Source of the DNA: Felis catus
Taxonomy: Eukaryota
DNA length: 64,000 nt
Assembly: GCF_018350175.1 (NCBI RefSeq)
Contig: NC_058375.1
Coordinates: 2,046,001 to 2,110,000 of the forward strand
Direction of reading: 5' to 3'
Part shown: positions 1 to 16,047 of the stretch, piece by piece
Position numbering within the stretch: position 1 is the first letter of the stretch
How the letters are laid out: the number at the start of each line of letters is the position of its first letter
Program-made: the position numbers and the translations under genes
Notes under the pieces: generated by a model
Databases searched by the model: none
Told to the model about the DNA's origin: nothing
The model's input: only the letters and a program-made list of their open reading frames with translations

Positions 1-814
1 GTGTGCCTGCAGGTGAAGGAAGGCCAGAGGCGGCCACCGAGCCCTGGAAGCGAGGAAGCAGAGAGGCCTGGACAGGTGTCCCTCAGTGCCAGAGGGATTT
101 CAGGTTTCCGGCCTCCAAAGAAGGAGGAGAGAAGGATGGGCTGCTGTTTTAGCCACCCAGCCTGCGGATTTCTTCTGGTAGCCCAGGAAGCCAGCAGCCA
201 TGGCGAGGCCGACCAGCACCTTCCCCTGGGGCTCCTGGCCGAGAGGGGAGCTGGCCATCTTGGGGGCTCGCGGAGGGCCCCTCCCTCCAGACATCGCAGC
301 AGCACGTGGACACTGAGCGAGCAGAGGCTCCCTGGGGAAGCCGAGTGTGGGAGATGCGGAGTTTGTTGCTGGACACGCTTTCTGCGGGGTGGCCCTTGCG
401 TTTCTTAGAAACAAGGCAGTGTGCGTCCCCCTCGCCAGCTGTGCCGGCCAGAACCGGGGCTGACGCTCCAGTCCTTGACAGTGTGCATTCCAAGATCTCC
501 TGGCCCCCAACCTAGCCTGCTGTCCCCAGCACCCTCCTGGCTGCAGCTCGCCCAAGGGAAGCACATCAAAGCTTGACCTTCTCATGGATCCCACCGTGGC
601 TGCAGCTCCTGCCAGGTGTGGAGAGGGACCTCGGGGCACCTGGACCCAGCAAGGTGGGTGGCCTGGTGGAACCAGAGAAAAACCCCCATTCTGGCCGAGA
701 CATTCAGAATGTGTGACAAAGTCACCATGAAAACAACTCAGCTTTTAGAAACTGCAGGAGAACACTCCCTTTCCAATTCTCCAAATCCTGCTTGCCTTAA
801 AGCCATCATGTTTT

Positions 815-1085
815 GGGACGCCTGGGTGGCTCAGTCAGTTAGGCGTGTGACTCTTAATTTCGGCCCAGGTCGTGATCTCACAGTTCGTGAGTTCGAACCC
901 TGAGTCAGGATCCCCACTGACAGTGCGNNNNNNNNNNNNNNNNNNNNNNNNNNNNNNNNNNNNNNNNNNNNNNNNNNNNNNNNNNNNNNNNNNNNNNNNN
1001 NNNNNNNNNNNNNNNNNNNNNNNNNNNNNNNNNNNNNNNNNNNNNNNNNNNNNNNNNNNNNNNNNNNNNNNNNNNNNNNNTAAAA
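815..1085 (+). mobile_element. CanSINE (partly in N-gap)
   Basis: gggacgcctgggtggctcagtc head, gttcga B-box. Confidence 0.85.
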
Positions 1086-1814
1086 AGCCACATTTGGAAG
1101 CCTGCCCTCTTGGTCCCTAGCCCCCCATCCTCTGGGAAGGGTGTTTCTCTGTCCACGTCACCCCTACTTTCGCCGTGACCTGCCCAAGTCAAAGATTAAA
1201 GGCTGTCTCTGTGACATAACATCTGATAGCTCTCAGACCTAGGGGCCACAACAGCCTCCCAACTCTACGCAGCCTCGGATGCAGCTCTGGTCCCTTTGGG
1301 GAGGGAGCAGTCTCACCCAGAGTGCACTTCTCTGGAAGAGGAGCTCGGCCCACGGCCTCTGCAGTCGGGAATATTCTCTGGACTATGCACTAGCCTCCAA
1401 CAGTCCAGCTCTGAGCTCCCACCCTTGGGGCTCCCATGCGGGACGTGCCTGGCCCCTCGTGCCCCTGACCGCCGCTTCCATCAGAGGCGGATTTCATAAA
1501 ACCCTAAACCACAACATCGGGAAGATAAGGTAAGCATCCACACTCCCCTGCCCTCTGCAGGAAGAGAAGACAAACTGGTTTCATCTCACGCCACGCACTG
1601 TGCGAGGCGCCCCGGTTCGAAGGCCCCGTGTGGCCACTCTGCCACCTGCTGACGGGAGGGGAGCAGCCTGTCAAAGTCCCTGGAAAGAGGTCTCGCACGC
1701 CCAGGGGGACCCGGCCGGGAGCCGCCTTCCCCTGCCCGATGGCCAACGTGCGCACGTGTGTGGAGAGAGCGTTTCTGTCGGGGCCCGGTCACCGTGTGCA
1801 CACATACTGCCCAT

Positions 1815-2230
1815 CTGCCCTGGCAGAACTGTGTCCCCCGAACAGATATGTTCAAGTCCTGACCCCGCTCCCGCGAGTGCGGCCTCGTTTGGAGATAGGG
1901 TCTCTGCAGATACAGCAGGTCAAGATGAGGGCATGGGGTGAGTTCTCATCCAACGAGACACACAGGACACAGGGGACATGGCCATGTGACAACAGACGCA
2001 AAGGTTGTGGGCATGAGGTCCCAGGCAGAGGGACACCGAGGACTGCCAGCCACCGCCAGACGCTGGAGAGGCCAGGGCGGTTTCCCTACAGGCTTCAGAG
2101 GGAGCAGAGCCCTGCAGGCACGCCGGCCTCGGGCCTCTGGCCTCCAGCACCGGGGACAAGTCCCTGGTGTTCGGGCCCCGGAGTTGGGGGCGGGGGGGAG
2201 ACTTCCGTGTGGCAGCCTGGGAGCTGGTGC
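1815..2230 (+). mobile_element. MLT1-type MaLR LTR
   Basis: gaactgtgtcccc...atgttcaagtcctgacccc...tttggagatagggtct...cttcagagggagca...ctggcctccag match the MLT1 consensus as recalled. Confidence 0.75.
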
Positions 2231-5200
2231 ACCAGCCGATGCTATTTGTCACCTACCATGACACACACACGTCATCTCTCGTCATTTCCGCAACTTGCGG
2301 GCCTACTGGGTGCTCCCCACACCCACCCGAGGCTCGGGCACCGGGCCAGCATCCTCCTCCTCCTCCCGTCCATTGCTGCCACCATCCTGGGGACCTCAGG
2401 ACCCACCCATCTGACGGGTCCCGGGCCCCTGCCTGCCCAGTCTTTCATGCCAACACCGCAGCAACCGGTCCCAAGACAGAGACTGGGGCTGGCCACCATG
2501 CAGAGCGTCCTGTCTGTGGCATCTCGCTGCCAGCACCCACCCGTGGGCCACAGCGCCCGGACGCCCAGCTCTTTCTCTCCCTACACCGACGCGCTCCCTC
2601 TGGGCTCTGGCTCTTCGTACCTCCCTCTGTTGGGTGGCTACCTGGCCCCCCGTACGCAGAGGGCAGGGGGACCCCAAAGAAAGAGGCAGACGCTCCCGGC
2701 TGGTGATTGGTGGGCAGCAGGTGTGATAAGCTACTTACGAGGCTGGTCTTGGGCGCCGCAGGCCGAGGGGATCCCCGCGCCCACCCGCCAGAATCTCACG
2801 ACAGAGGCCTCCGCGGGGCTCCCGCTGTGGGAATGAGGGGTCACAGCCCACATCCGGGCGGGGGTGAGGGGCCGGCTCCAGGGTCCACCGGCGGTCGCGT
2901 CCTCTCCGTGACCTCCTCCCACGCCAGGCCCCCGGTGACCCGTGACCGGCTCTCAGTCTCACAGGCCCCCTCCTCCGCAGCGGGCCCTGCGTGGTCAGCA
3001 AGGGGCGGCACTAGCCTGGAGGGGGCTCGTTCGGTGGCTTCCTGGCTCCACTGGGGGCAGAGACCACAGCAAAAGTGCGGGCACATGCAGGAGAAAACGC
3101 ACATCGGGATGGGAATTCCCAAAACAAGTGACAGTTTTTTCCACCAAGAGCCCCATGATCGGACCCACTGGTTTATGAGATGCCCTGGGCTGGGGGTCAG
3201 ACGGTTCAGGGCGCTGCCCTGTGTCCTCAGTGTGACTTAATAAAGACGCCCTAGCAGACTCCTCGGGTCTGAACACACAACTCCTCGAGAGGCAGGAGGC
3301 GAGTCCAAGACCATCCTGTATCCTGTTCCGGAGCGTGGCTCTCCCGTCAGGGACCCTGCAGTACTCGAGGACTCGCTTTGTTGGCTGTCCCTCACGGCTT
3401 GTGGGCGGCTTTGGCGAGGGCCTCTGCGCGCTGTGGCGCCTCCCGGCCCGTAGAGGGCAGACACGGCTCCCGACGACCCGACCCGTGGGAACAGAACGAG
3501 CACAGCTGGTCTCCGGGTGAGGGAGGTGCTGCACACACGTACGTGTTGGGGGGGGGGGGGGGGCGGCAGGGCAGCATGGTCAGGTGTGAGGACTGGGCGG
3601 GTGGGTGCGCCCGGCCAGGACCCCCCGTTTCACGGTGTGTGTTCCATTCCAGCCACCGTGCGTTTCCACCGGCCCAGCTTGTGCCAGATACTGGGGTCCC
3701 AGGGAGACTGCGGGGGCCCCCCTCACGCATTCCGGGGCCACCCCATCGCAAGCTCAGGCAGACAGCTCCTCTCCCAGGCGTGACGGGCCCAGGGTTCCCG
3801 GGAGCGCAACGCGTTGATCCAGGGTCCGGGGGCAACGGCTGCTTCCCGCCAGTTCCACACGGGGCCGGCCGGTGTTGGGTGCCTCTGCGGGGGTCCCCAG
3901 GCTGGCCCGTGGGGCACAACAGGCCCTGAAATGTGTAAGAACCCAACAGTAACTCAGCGCACTGGCAAGGTGATTACCTGTCGGGGATTAATCTGCGGGT
4001 TCCATATCCTATGTTTCCTTCCTACGACCCCTGCTGCTTGCTGGTTAGGGGGGCGGGGGCTCCACATCGTGGCCTTTGAAATGTGACCCCCAATCACCGT
4101 CTGTTCGACAAGGGTATCCATCCGTGGTAGTCAGCGGCCCTGATGGTGGCAGCCTGGTTTGCGTGGTGACGGGAGGCCTGGGTTGGGCCAGATGCAGCCT
4201 CCGCATGAACCGGGGCTTGTGGGGAGCCTCACTCAGAGGGCGGCACCGGTCTGTCTATAACGTGCCGGTCCCCTACTAGCAGGGGGTTCCGGAGGACGGC
4301 CCCAGGCTCCTTGGCCTCCTTGGCATTAGGCCACCTCACCTGGGCACGGTCGTGGCCATTCTTTCTCGGCACGCCCTCTGCTGGGTCTACTGGGGGTCAC
4401 CTGCTAGGGCTCATCCTCGGGCTGGGGCGTCAGCTTCCTGATTGCGCGGGGGCAGGGGGCCCAGTGCCTCCCGAGCCAGGATGCGGAAGACGCTGGCGGA
4501 CCACCTGAAGCTCTCACGGCTCAACCCGAACGTCCTTCCACGTATCCTGACCCCACAGAGGCTCATTCACGATCGTCACCCCTCGGCTTCCGAGCCCAAA
4601 GGCCCCTCCCTTTCCAACAGCCCGCCAGCACAGAGGGTTCACGGCCAGAACCCACGAGTGGTCACCAGCCAGACCGCCGGAGTTCCGCCCAGAGGCGGCT
4701 GTGGTTGGTCCCTGTTGCCGTCCACACGGTGTCACTGTTGGGCTGAATGGTAACCGGTCCGCGTGGACGGATTGCCTCGAACAGACCCGTCCGTACAGCG
4801 GGCGTCAGCGGGCGTCGGCGGAATCCGTCATCTGTCTCTGTTCCCTCCCCGCGGGCTGGCACGGAGGGGGGCGGGGCACGTGAGGATCGGGCCCGCGGGC
4901 TCGAGTGGCACCCGCATCTCCGGAGACGGCGGGCTGGCGGACCGGGCGCTGCTCTGCGGCGCACAGGCACGCCGCTTGCTGAGCGTGGGGGTTTGCGCCC
5001 GGCCGAGGTGCGCGGGTGGGCGACGTCGTCACCCACGCGTGGCGGGCGGGGAAGGTCTCGCCGCCATCGGCTGTGCCTCCGTGGGGCGCTCCACTGGAGG
5101 AGCTCGGGGCACACTGCTCAGGGCTGCCGCTCTCGGGGGCCCCTTCCAGAGCTGGAACCAGAATCCTGGGGACAGTCGTTGTCTCTGCCACAGCCCCCAA

Positions 5201-5955
5201 CTGGTACCTCCCGGTGACACAGACACGCCCTACTGGAAGGGCGGCCCTGCTTGGGAGACCCCAGACCTTTCACCTGCTTCTCTCGTGTTCTCAGAGGCTG
5301 CTCCCTGCTCCGTCTCTGGCCCCCCATGCCCCTTCTTCCCCAGGTGACCGAAGGGACAGAAGCACCGTGCCGGGTGGGGATAAAAATCCTCCCTAGCCCC
5401 TAAATCCCTACACAGGCTCGCACCTCTTTCCTGTCCCCAGGGGTTGGATAGGCTGGCATCTGATCCATCACACATTCTGGGAAGGTGTGCATCTTACACG
5501 ACCACACAGCTCCCCAAAACCTTACGGGGGGGGTGCCTGGGCTCCACCTATCCCCCCCACACACACACAGGTGCTCCAGCAAGGTCCCCAGAGTGTCCTG
5601 CTGCAGGGACAAGGCTTCACATGCAAACGCCGCGTCACCAACGTAATGGGGGGAGGAGGACAGGGACAGGACTGCTACCCCTTGACATGGTGGGGGGCTG
5701 GCAGGTAGCCCCCGGTCCGCTGCTGCCCCTCCCATGTGAAGGCAAACGGACTTTAGTTCTCACAAGCCTGCACTCGCCCGAGTCTTTTCCATGAATCTCC
5801 TTGAAGAGGAAGTAGGTTTGCCAAGCGTTCGAGTAAAGCCATACGCGTCTGCACATGAGAAAACATGAAACACAAATCGCCACATCTACACATGTGCTGA
5901 GGGGGCCTTGTGACGCACCGAGGAGGAAAGTTGGACATTCCTGTGACACGTACCG

Positions 5956-6163
5956 TTTTTTTTTTTTTTAATGTTTATTTTTGAGAGAGAGAGAGAGAGA
6001 GAGAGCACGCTGGGGAAGGGCAGGGGTGGGGGGCGGGACAGAGAATCCCAAGCAGGCTCTGAGCTGAGCACAGAGCTCCATGCAGGGCCCGAACCCATGA
6101 ACTGTGAGACCATGGCCTGAGCCGAAGTCAAATGCTTAACTAACTGAGCCACCCAGGCGCCCC
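5956..6163 (-). mobile_element. CanSINE
   Basis: poly-T tail, (GA)n, ends gagccacccaggcgcccc. Confidence 0.9.
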
Positions 6164-6362
6164 CCGCTCCGCGACATACGCCTTAAAATTATGGCTGATG
6201 CCTTCTTACCAGGACACATCAGATTTTTAGGAATTTTGTATATAAATCTGCCCTAACAGAAGTCTAACGTCCCTGCTCTCTTGACCGCACTTCCCACAGG
6301 AGTTAACGTGTCCAGTAAGCCTCATTAGCATAATCTCTCTCTGACAGGAGAGAGAACCCGTC

Positions 6363-6591
6363 TTTTTTTTTTTTTAATTTTTTTTTCAACGTTTATTTAT
6401 TTTTGGGACAGAGAGAGACAGAGCATGAACAGGGGAGGAGCAGAGAGAGAGAGGGAGACACAGAATCGGAAACAGGCTCCAGGCTCCGAGCCATCAGCCC
6501 AGAGCCTGACTCGGGGCTCGAACTCACGGACTGCGAGATCGTGACCTGGCTGAAGTTGGACGCTTAACTGACTGCGCCACCCAGGCGCCCC
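6363..6591 (-). mobile_element. SINEC_Fc-type CanSINE, young
   Basis: Perfect TSD gagagaacccgtctttt at both flanks. Confidence 0.93.
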
Positions 6592-6721
6592 GAGAGAACC
6601 CGTCTTTTGAAATGTTTCAGGGACCTCCGCAAAATCCCAAAGATAGTTCAAGGCCAACGAGGCTTCACCCAGAATTTGACTTTTGGGATCAGCTCTCCAT
6701 TTAATGAAAATGACAATGAAA

Positions 6722-6915
6722 GGGGCCCTGGGTGGCTGGACCGGTGGTTGAGCAGTAACTCTTGATGTCACCTCTGGTTATGATCTCAGGGTCCGTGGGT
6801 TCAAGCCCCACATCTGCTTCAGATGCTCTGTCTCCCTCTTTCTGGCCCTCTCCCACTCACGCACTCTCTCTCTCTCTCTCTCTCTCTGAAAAATAAACGG
6901 TAAGAAATTTAAAAA
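6722..6915 (+). mobile_element. CanSINE (older)
   Basis: Degenerate head, (CT)n, aataaa tail. Confidence 0.8.
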
Positions 6916-8270
6916 CATAAAATGACAACGAAAGGCTTCAAAGGCAACATGGAAAGTTACACAGTTATTAAAATAAACCCTTAGTTCTTTTAATAGAGAA
7001 GACTCCATTTCCGGAAGCAATCAAAGACCTGATAAAAACAGAGGACGCAGGCAAGTATTTTAATAAAACACAGAATCTTTGTCTTCTAGGTAGATGACCT
7101 AAAAGGTAAAGGAAAACCTTTCATAATTCCATCAAGAGAGACCAATCACCCAAGAAACCTTTGTCCTTTCACCAGACGAAAGACAATTTTCGATTTTTCC
7201 TGGGTACATCATTGATATGAAAGCGTATTTTTCTGTAAGGCGATTGAACAGAGCCCTTTTACAAATTACTTTCCGCAGTACCCTCGGGGGAGACAGACGT
7301 CGCACACAGGGAACACTCATCTGTACACGTCCGTAAACACGCAGATGGGCACGGACACTCCAGCCGTGAACCTCACAACAGTGTAACAGTGGAAACCACC
7401 GTGTCTCCGGCAGGTGGAACAGGTGAGGGCCGCCTCCCGCGGCTGAGGCTTTTCACTGACGTTTGTGGAGAGGACGTTTAAGATTTGGCTTTGCCCTTGA
7501 CCGGCAGTCCCGCAGAGGCCGTGATGGAGAGGCGGGCAGGGACCTTCCCCGGCAGGGTCTGTATCCTGACCCAGAGGCAGGTGATCCAGTTACTGGTTTC
7601 CATCATCCCCGGGAGCTTGCACCTCAGGCATGATGACACTTCCGGCTTCCAGAAGCAGAGGAACAATGCAAGTCTTCTCCTAGGAGTTTTGGGGTATGTT
7701 CTCAATTATTAGAAGTCTAGACTAATGACTATTTAAGATTTTCCTTCGTTACCGGTGGGTGGGGCCGCCCGGGGCACTCCCACAGTTCGCCGTCAATCAC
7801 AGCCCTCTCCCCTCCGCGCCCCACTTTCTCGGGGACTCCACCTGTCAGCGTCCCGCTCCGGCTCCGTCAGGAGCACTGGGCCATCCGTCCTCCCAGCTTG
7901 CGCCCTCCTAGCTTTGCGAGACGGCTTGGGGAGCCTCTCGCTTATCACCGTGCGCTCCCACCTCGCCTGCCAGCCCCAGCCCAGCAGAGCGTGGCGCCCT
8001 CCCCTAACCTCAGCTCTCCTGCAGCTTTCCAGCCCCGGCTTCGGCCACTTGGAGGCATCGGTGCCCAACGGAGCACCGCAGGGGCCTCGGGCGCAGGAGC
8101 ACAGGCTCTGAACCTCGGGGCATCCTAGCTTTGTGGACGGGACAACCTCTCTGGGCTGTTTGCTCCTCGGGAAAAGGGGTATCCCTGCCCCCCGTGCATG
8201 AGTGTTGGGAGCAGAGGCAATATCTGCGATACAGCGGCACTCAGGACCAGCGTAAAAGAGAGTAACCGCC

Positions 8271-8481
8271 GGGGCGCCTGGGGGGCTCAGTCGGTTGGGC
8301 GTCCGACTTCGGCTCAGGTCATGATCTCACAGTCTGTGGGTTCGAGCCCCGCATCGGGCTCCGTGCTGACAGCCCAGAGCCTGGAGCCTGTTTCGGATTC
8401 TGTGTCTCCCCCGTTCATGCTCTGTCTCTCTCTGTCTCAAAAATAAATAAACGTTAATAAAAAAAAATAAAAACAAAAAAA
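8271..8481 (+). mobile_element. SINEC_Fc-type CanSINE
   Basis: ggggcgcctggggggctcag head; TSD agagtaaccgc. Confidence 0.92.
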
Positions 8482-9199
8482 AGAGTAACCGCTGACCCAG
8501 ACACGGCTCTTGACACGGGCCCGGCAGAGTGCCAGCCACGTCACGTCATTTGGCCCCCCTGTGGCCATTGGAAGTAGGAACTATTATCTCCCAGAGTCAG
8601 TACGAAAGCAAACGGGGCACAGAGGGTTGAAGGGAGCTGGCCCTCGTGGCCAGACGTAGAGGAGGCAGGGCCCAGGCCCAGACAGCAGGGCTCCCGGGCC
8701 CACACGCCAGCTGCCATCCCTGATGGGTCCCCGCTCTGCTCCAACTCCCCTGGGTGGTGACAGGAGACCCAAGAGAGGGGTCAGCAGGCCCCCCAGGGGC
8801 CCACCCCACAGGGACAGGGCAGAGCACACTCAGCCCCGGCTGTGGTTGCCAGAGAAGAGGGGCTCCCCCAACCCCCGCGGGGACAGGGCCCAAAGAGGGT
8901 GTCACCGGCCCTGGGGTCAACAGAAGGCAGCAGCGTCTGTCCTCAGCAGGCCAGAGGGGATAGAAGCACTGTGCCGCCCATATTTGCACACTCACTTAAC
9001 ACTCTTTGAGATCTCTGTGTTTTTTTTGCAGGGAGCCAAGTACCAAAACTATGCCGGTATTGAGAGTTGGAAGTTAGCTAGAGAGGAGCTGGGGGCAAGG
9101 TGGCAGTAGGAGTGATTTTGTGGTTTCCAACCTCCGGGGCGGGGGGAGGGGGGCTAGCCACCCAAGAGGAACAGGTGATGAACGTGCGCCCTGCTTCCC

Positions 9200-9584
9200 A
9201 GCCTCGCCTAGCCCTTAGTTTCATTACAATATATTGACATTGCCGTCTGGACCTCTCCCCGCCCCCACTCACGCCTCAGGGGGGAGGACGGGCCTTGATG
9301 GTTCCAGCCAGGACCTAGTAGGGCCCCAACTCCCCCTCCCAACCGACAAGAAGCCACCTCAGTGGGAGACCACCCTGGCTGTGAGCCATGAAAGACAGCC
9401 CTGCCCCCCAGGCCCGCCCCCTCCCCCATCCTGAGAGTGCACCGTCCTGAACAAACCGCTTTGTGCTCGCTACCTTCCCTCTGGCTGTCTGTACTCGAGG
9501 CAGAGTCCTCACGTATATCTTTTGCCGGGAATCCAAGCACCGAGCCCTCCGGTTCCCAAGAGTCAGGCTCTCCCGCCAGTAACA
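9200..9584 (+). mobile_element. ERV1-like LTR remnant (5' boundary uncertain)
   Basis: 3' end tcttttgcc..gaatccaag.acc...ccagtaaca resembles ERV1/MER41-type LTR termini. Confidence 0.35.
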
Positions 9585-10669
9585 GTACCCGTGGAATCTG
9601 GTGCCAGCTTGGCGATGCTGACATTCAAGGGCAGCAGCCGGTGGTGCCGAGGGCCTGCTGTGTGCAGGGCTGCAGCGCCCTCCCTGGAGGGAGGTCCTGG
9701 GAGACAGGAGGTTGGGCCATCCTTGAATTGTGAATCTCGTACAAACCAAGAGGGCATCCGAGTCTGCACGGCCCCCGGAGGGGCTTAGCTCGTGGGCAGA
9801 GCTGTGCCGGCCTAGGGGATGTCCCCAGAACTCTCCGAACCTGCTCTTGAACCTGTGGCGTGCGGTGCGGCCAGCCCTGGGCTCTGGTGAAATTTGAAGA
9901 ACTGTGAAACTGGCTGTAAACCCCAAGATGCAACCATATGCAAAGGGCTGGTTCCACTGAACTTTCCTAACTAATGAGGCACGCACACAGAGGAAAAAGC
10001 GAAGAACAAAACAGTAATCGAGTCATGGGGAATGGCAACGTCTCCTAGGGAGGGTAGTCTTAGACCCAGTGTGGCAGGATGGACCCAGTAGGGGTGAGGC
10101 AAGGCTTTCGGGGTTGGGGGAGTGGGGGAGTAAGAGGGTGGCCTGAGTAGAAGCAGTGAAGTCCCAAGTGACCAACTGGGGGAGGATTTGGAAGGGGCTG
10201 CAAACTGTCACGGATGCACAGCCCTTGGGTGCAAAGAGGGTGGTGAGGAAGTCCTGGGGCCCGTGGGGGCAAAGACCGAAGCTGGGGCCCCTGACAGGGA
10301 GGGCAGATGCCTAGGGTGGCACCAGCCCTGGGCAAAGAGGTCACCCACAGGAGGAACAGATGTGGCTCTAGTGTCCAGAGGACAAGAGCTGGGACCTGGA
10401 ATGGATCTTTGACGCGTGGCTGTGGTAAGTGACCCGGCTGTGTGCCTCAGTGTCCTTTTCTGTGAAACAGGGATCAGAGGAGGGCAGCTTCCTAGGCTCA
10501 GTGAGGACTCTAGGCTGGTCACAGCGCTGGGCGCACCGCCCGGCCGCTCCATCTCGGGCAGCGAGCTGTGCTCAGGACAGAAGCGGGGCCCGCAGCTCCT
10601 CCAGGAAACCCACGCCACCTCGGCCTTTTTGGACAGGGCCTCTAGAGCCCGCGGCCCTTCCCGGCATCG

Positions 10670-13999
<3,330 letters not shown>

Positions 14000-15711
14000 A
14001 TGGCGCCCACAGGTAGACTTGGGGACGCGGGGCCTCAGACCCGGGCCAGCTCCGCTGCACCGGCAGAGTCGGGGCTGTTAACCTCTAGGGATCTGAGTGT
14101 GATTAGAATAGTCGAACGCATTCCCTGCTATCCCTGGGTTTTGGAAGTCTGGTAATAGGAGTCACAGACAAAAAAGCAAGGTGAATCCAGCGGTCCCGCT
14201 CGTGGCTGGTGTTCTATCTTCTAGAACTTGTTTCCGTGTTTCTCCCAGAGTGTCTCCATTCGGCTTCTCGTGGTCCTGCCCAGCCCTCCAGCATGTGAAT
14301 AAACATGTGCCCCCACCAGAGCCTCCCCGCTAGCACTGCACCCGTGTGGATGGTTCCATCCAGGGAGGGCCCCAAACCCCAGTGCCTGGAGTGGCAAATA
14401 AGTTTATACTTAGTGTCAAGTTTTGTATTTGGAAATCTAATCCATTTTTTTAAAGCTAAGTGCAAAACAAGCCAGCAGACTGGTGAAGTAAACAGGGGAC
14501 AGTCTGCCTTGTCGGCTCCCGGATGGACAGTTGCTTTTGTGCAAATACGTCTTTGACCTGAAGTCACACTTTTTCTGAAGTTATATCGTGTTCGTATTTG
14601 TGGCATCTTTCCCAGGCCCCAAAGCTGGCAGGAAATCATTTTTAGACAATTCATTAATTTGAGTCACCTTGGTAGGTAGTTCTTTGACAGCTCTACGTGC
14701 TTTACGTTTGTACGGTCACGTTTGTATTTAAGATGGGGACTGCTCAGTTTGCTTTTGGAGAATGCCCTTTTGAAAAAGGAACCGTATTATTAGAGTCTCA
14801 TGAAGCCGCTAACGCCCGGCTTGGTTACCGCAGTGCCCACGCAAATGCGAGGCTTTATTGGTGTTGCCCTGAACGTGCCTGGGGCTTGGCGGCCCGCCGA
14901 GCACGTCCGTGCGGGAACCGTGGCCCCCCCCCGCCCGTCGCACCCACACATCGTCGGCTTGCTGGCTTGACTGGAAGCTTTGTTATCAACCCCAAGCGCT
15001 GGTGCAGGGCGTCCTCCCCATTTACAGCTCTGGTGTAGCTCTAACCCGCGTGGATGTGATCCAGATCATAGCCTGTCCACATCGAGAGGCCGCCACCTCC
15101 ATCCTGCCTGGGTCCTGAGCCTTTGCTTTTGGTCTCACAGTAAAGACGTTTACAACCGAATGGATATCGTTCGTTCTTTGAGATCGTTATTCAAAGTAGG
15201 GGCGACAACCAAGAAAAGTCACCTCTGAAGTGTGTACGTTAAAGCTTTGTAAACCTGCCACCTTGCTGTGCACGTTCAGGAGGATGCTAGGGAAGTACGG
15301 TCCCGAGTTCGCTCACAGAAAAAACCCAGAGTGATGGGCCAACTGTCTAGCTTTTAGGAAGACCAGTCCAGGTTTGGAGCCCTGCTTCATTCATCACAAG
15401 CACCTGAACGTAGAGGTGGGGGGACTCTGTGCGGAGCCGGCCTTGACCCAACGGCCCTGGGGCCGGCAGCTCCTGTCCCCGCGCTCCAGCACGCACCCCA
15501 TGTGAAAACCGAGCCCGCTCTCCAGAAGGTTCAGTGCCCAGGAACGGGGGCGCCAGAGCAGAGCAGGATGTCTGTCTGAGGGGGAAGTTGCTGCCTGGGG
15601 TCAGTGACTTTCTGTAAGACCGTGAACCCAAAACCTGAAACAAACCAGAAAACCTTCCTATGACTTAAACCTGTCACGAAAACCATCAGCCGTCTCATGA
15701 GTTAGCAAATG

Positions 15712-15717
15712 TTTATT
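15712..15717 (-). terminator. Probable WRAP73 polyadenylation signal (AATAAA)
   Basis: tttatt on + strand about 190 nt past the stop codon, preceded in transcript orientation by U-rich/TGTA elements. Confidence 0.7.
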
Positions 15718-15904
15718 TTAAATAAAAATTAGTTTCATACCATACATATTTACAGGAATGCTATACAAAAATAAAAGCCGGTCATTTCATCTGGGCCACT
15801 GTTGGGGAACACCCCCCGCCCCCCAGAAGCCCCGCACCTTCCCCCGTAGCTGCCACGTGCCGCGGTGTTCTCTCGTCTCGGCCGGGCCTGGGCACTCGCA
15901 GGTC

Positions 15905-16047
15905 CTACGTGTGGTCACCTGGCCGTCCAAAGGCCGTGCCAACCCTGTCCTCGGTTTCCAGGAAACACAGGCAGAAGTGGTCCTTACTGAGGAGGGCCAG
16001 TGAGTCCCCGTTTAAATGCCAGCACAGAGAAAGCACCTGAAAGTCAC
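15905..16047 (-). CDS. WRAP73: WRAP73 exon 12 (coding part)
   Basis: cag|(G)[15 protein letters not shown]...PGDHT* (TAG 15905-15907). Confidence 0.95.

Larger units (their letters stand above)
5650..7300 (-). mobile_element. Possible degraded ERV1 (MER4-group-like) internal sequence, interrupted by three SINEs
   Basis: AT-rich segments such as aaggtaaaggaaaacctttca and agaatttgacttttggga; resemblance only. Confidence 0.3.

Noticed and set aside
1628-2836. 402-aa ORF on +
   Set aside because: Runs through an MLT1 LTR; Pro/Gly/Arg-rich with no recognisable domain. Long ORFs arise by chance at this GC content.
8271-8350. tRNA-like A/B boxes here and in other SINE heads
   Set aside because: tRNA-derived CanSINE heads followed by (CT)n and poly(A), not tRNA genes.
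1-10500. MEGF6 exons expected from synteny
   Set aside because: No signal-peptide/EMI/EGF-like exon with splice sites recognised; the gene probably lies upstream of the window.
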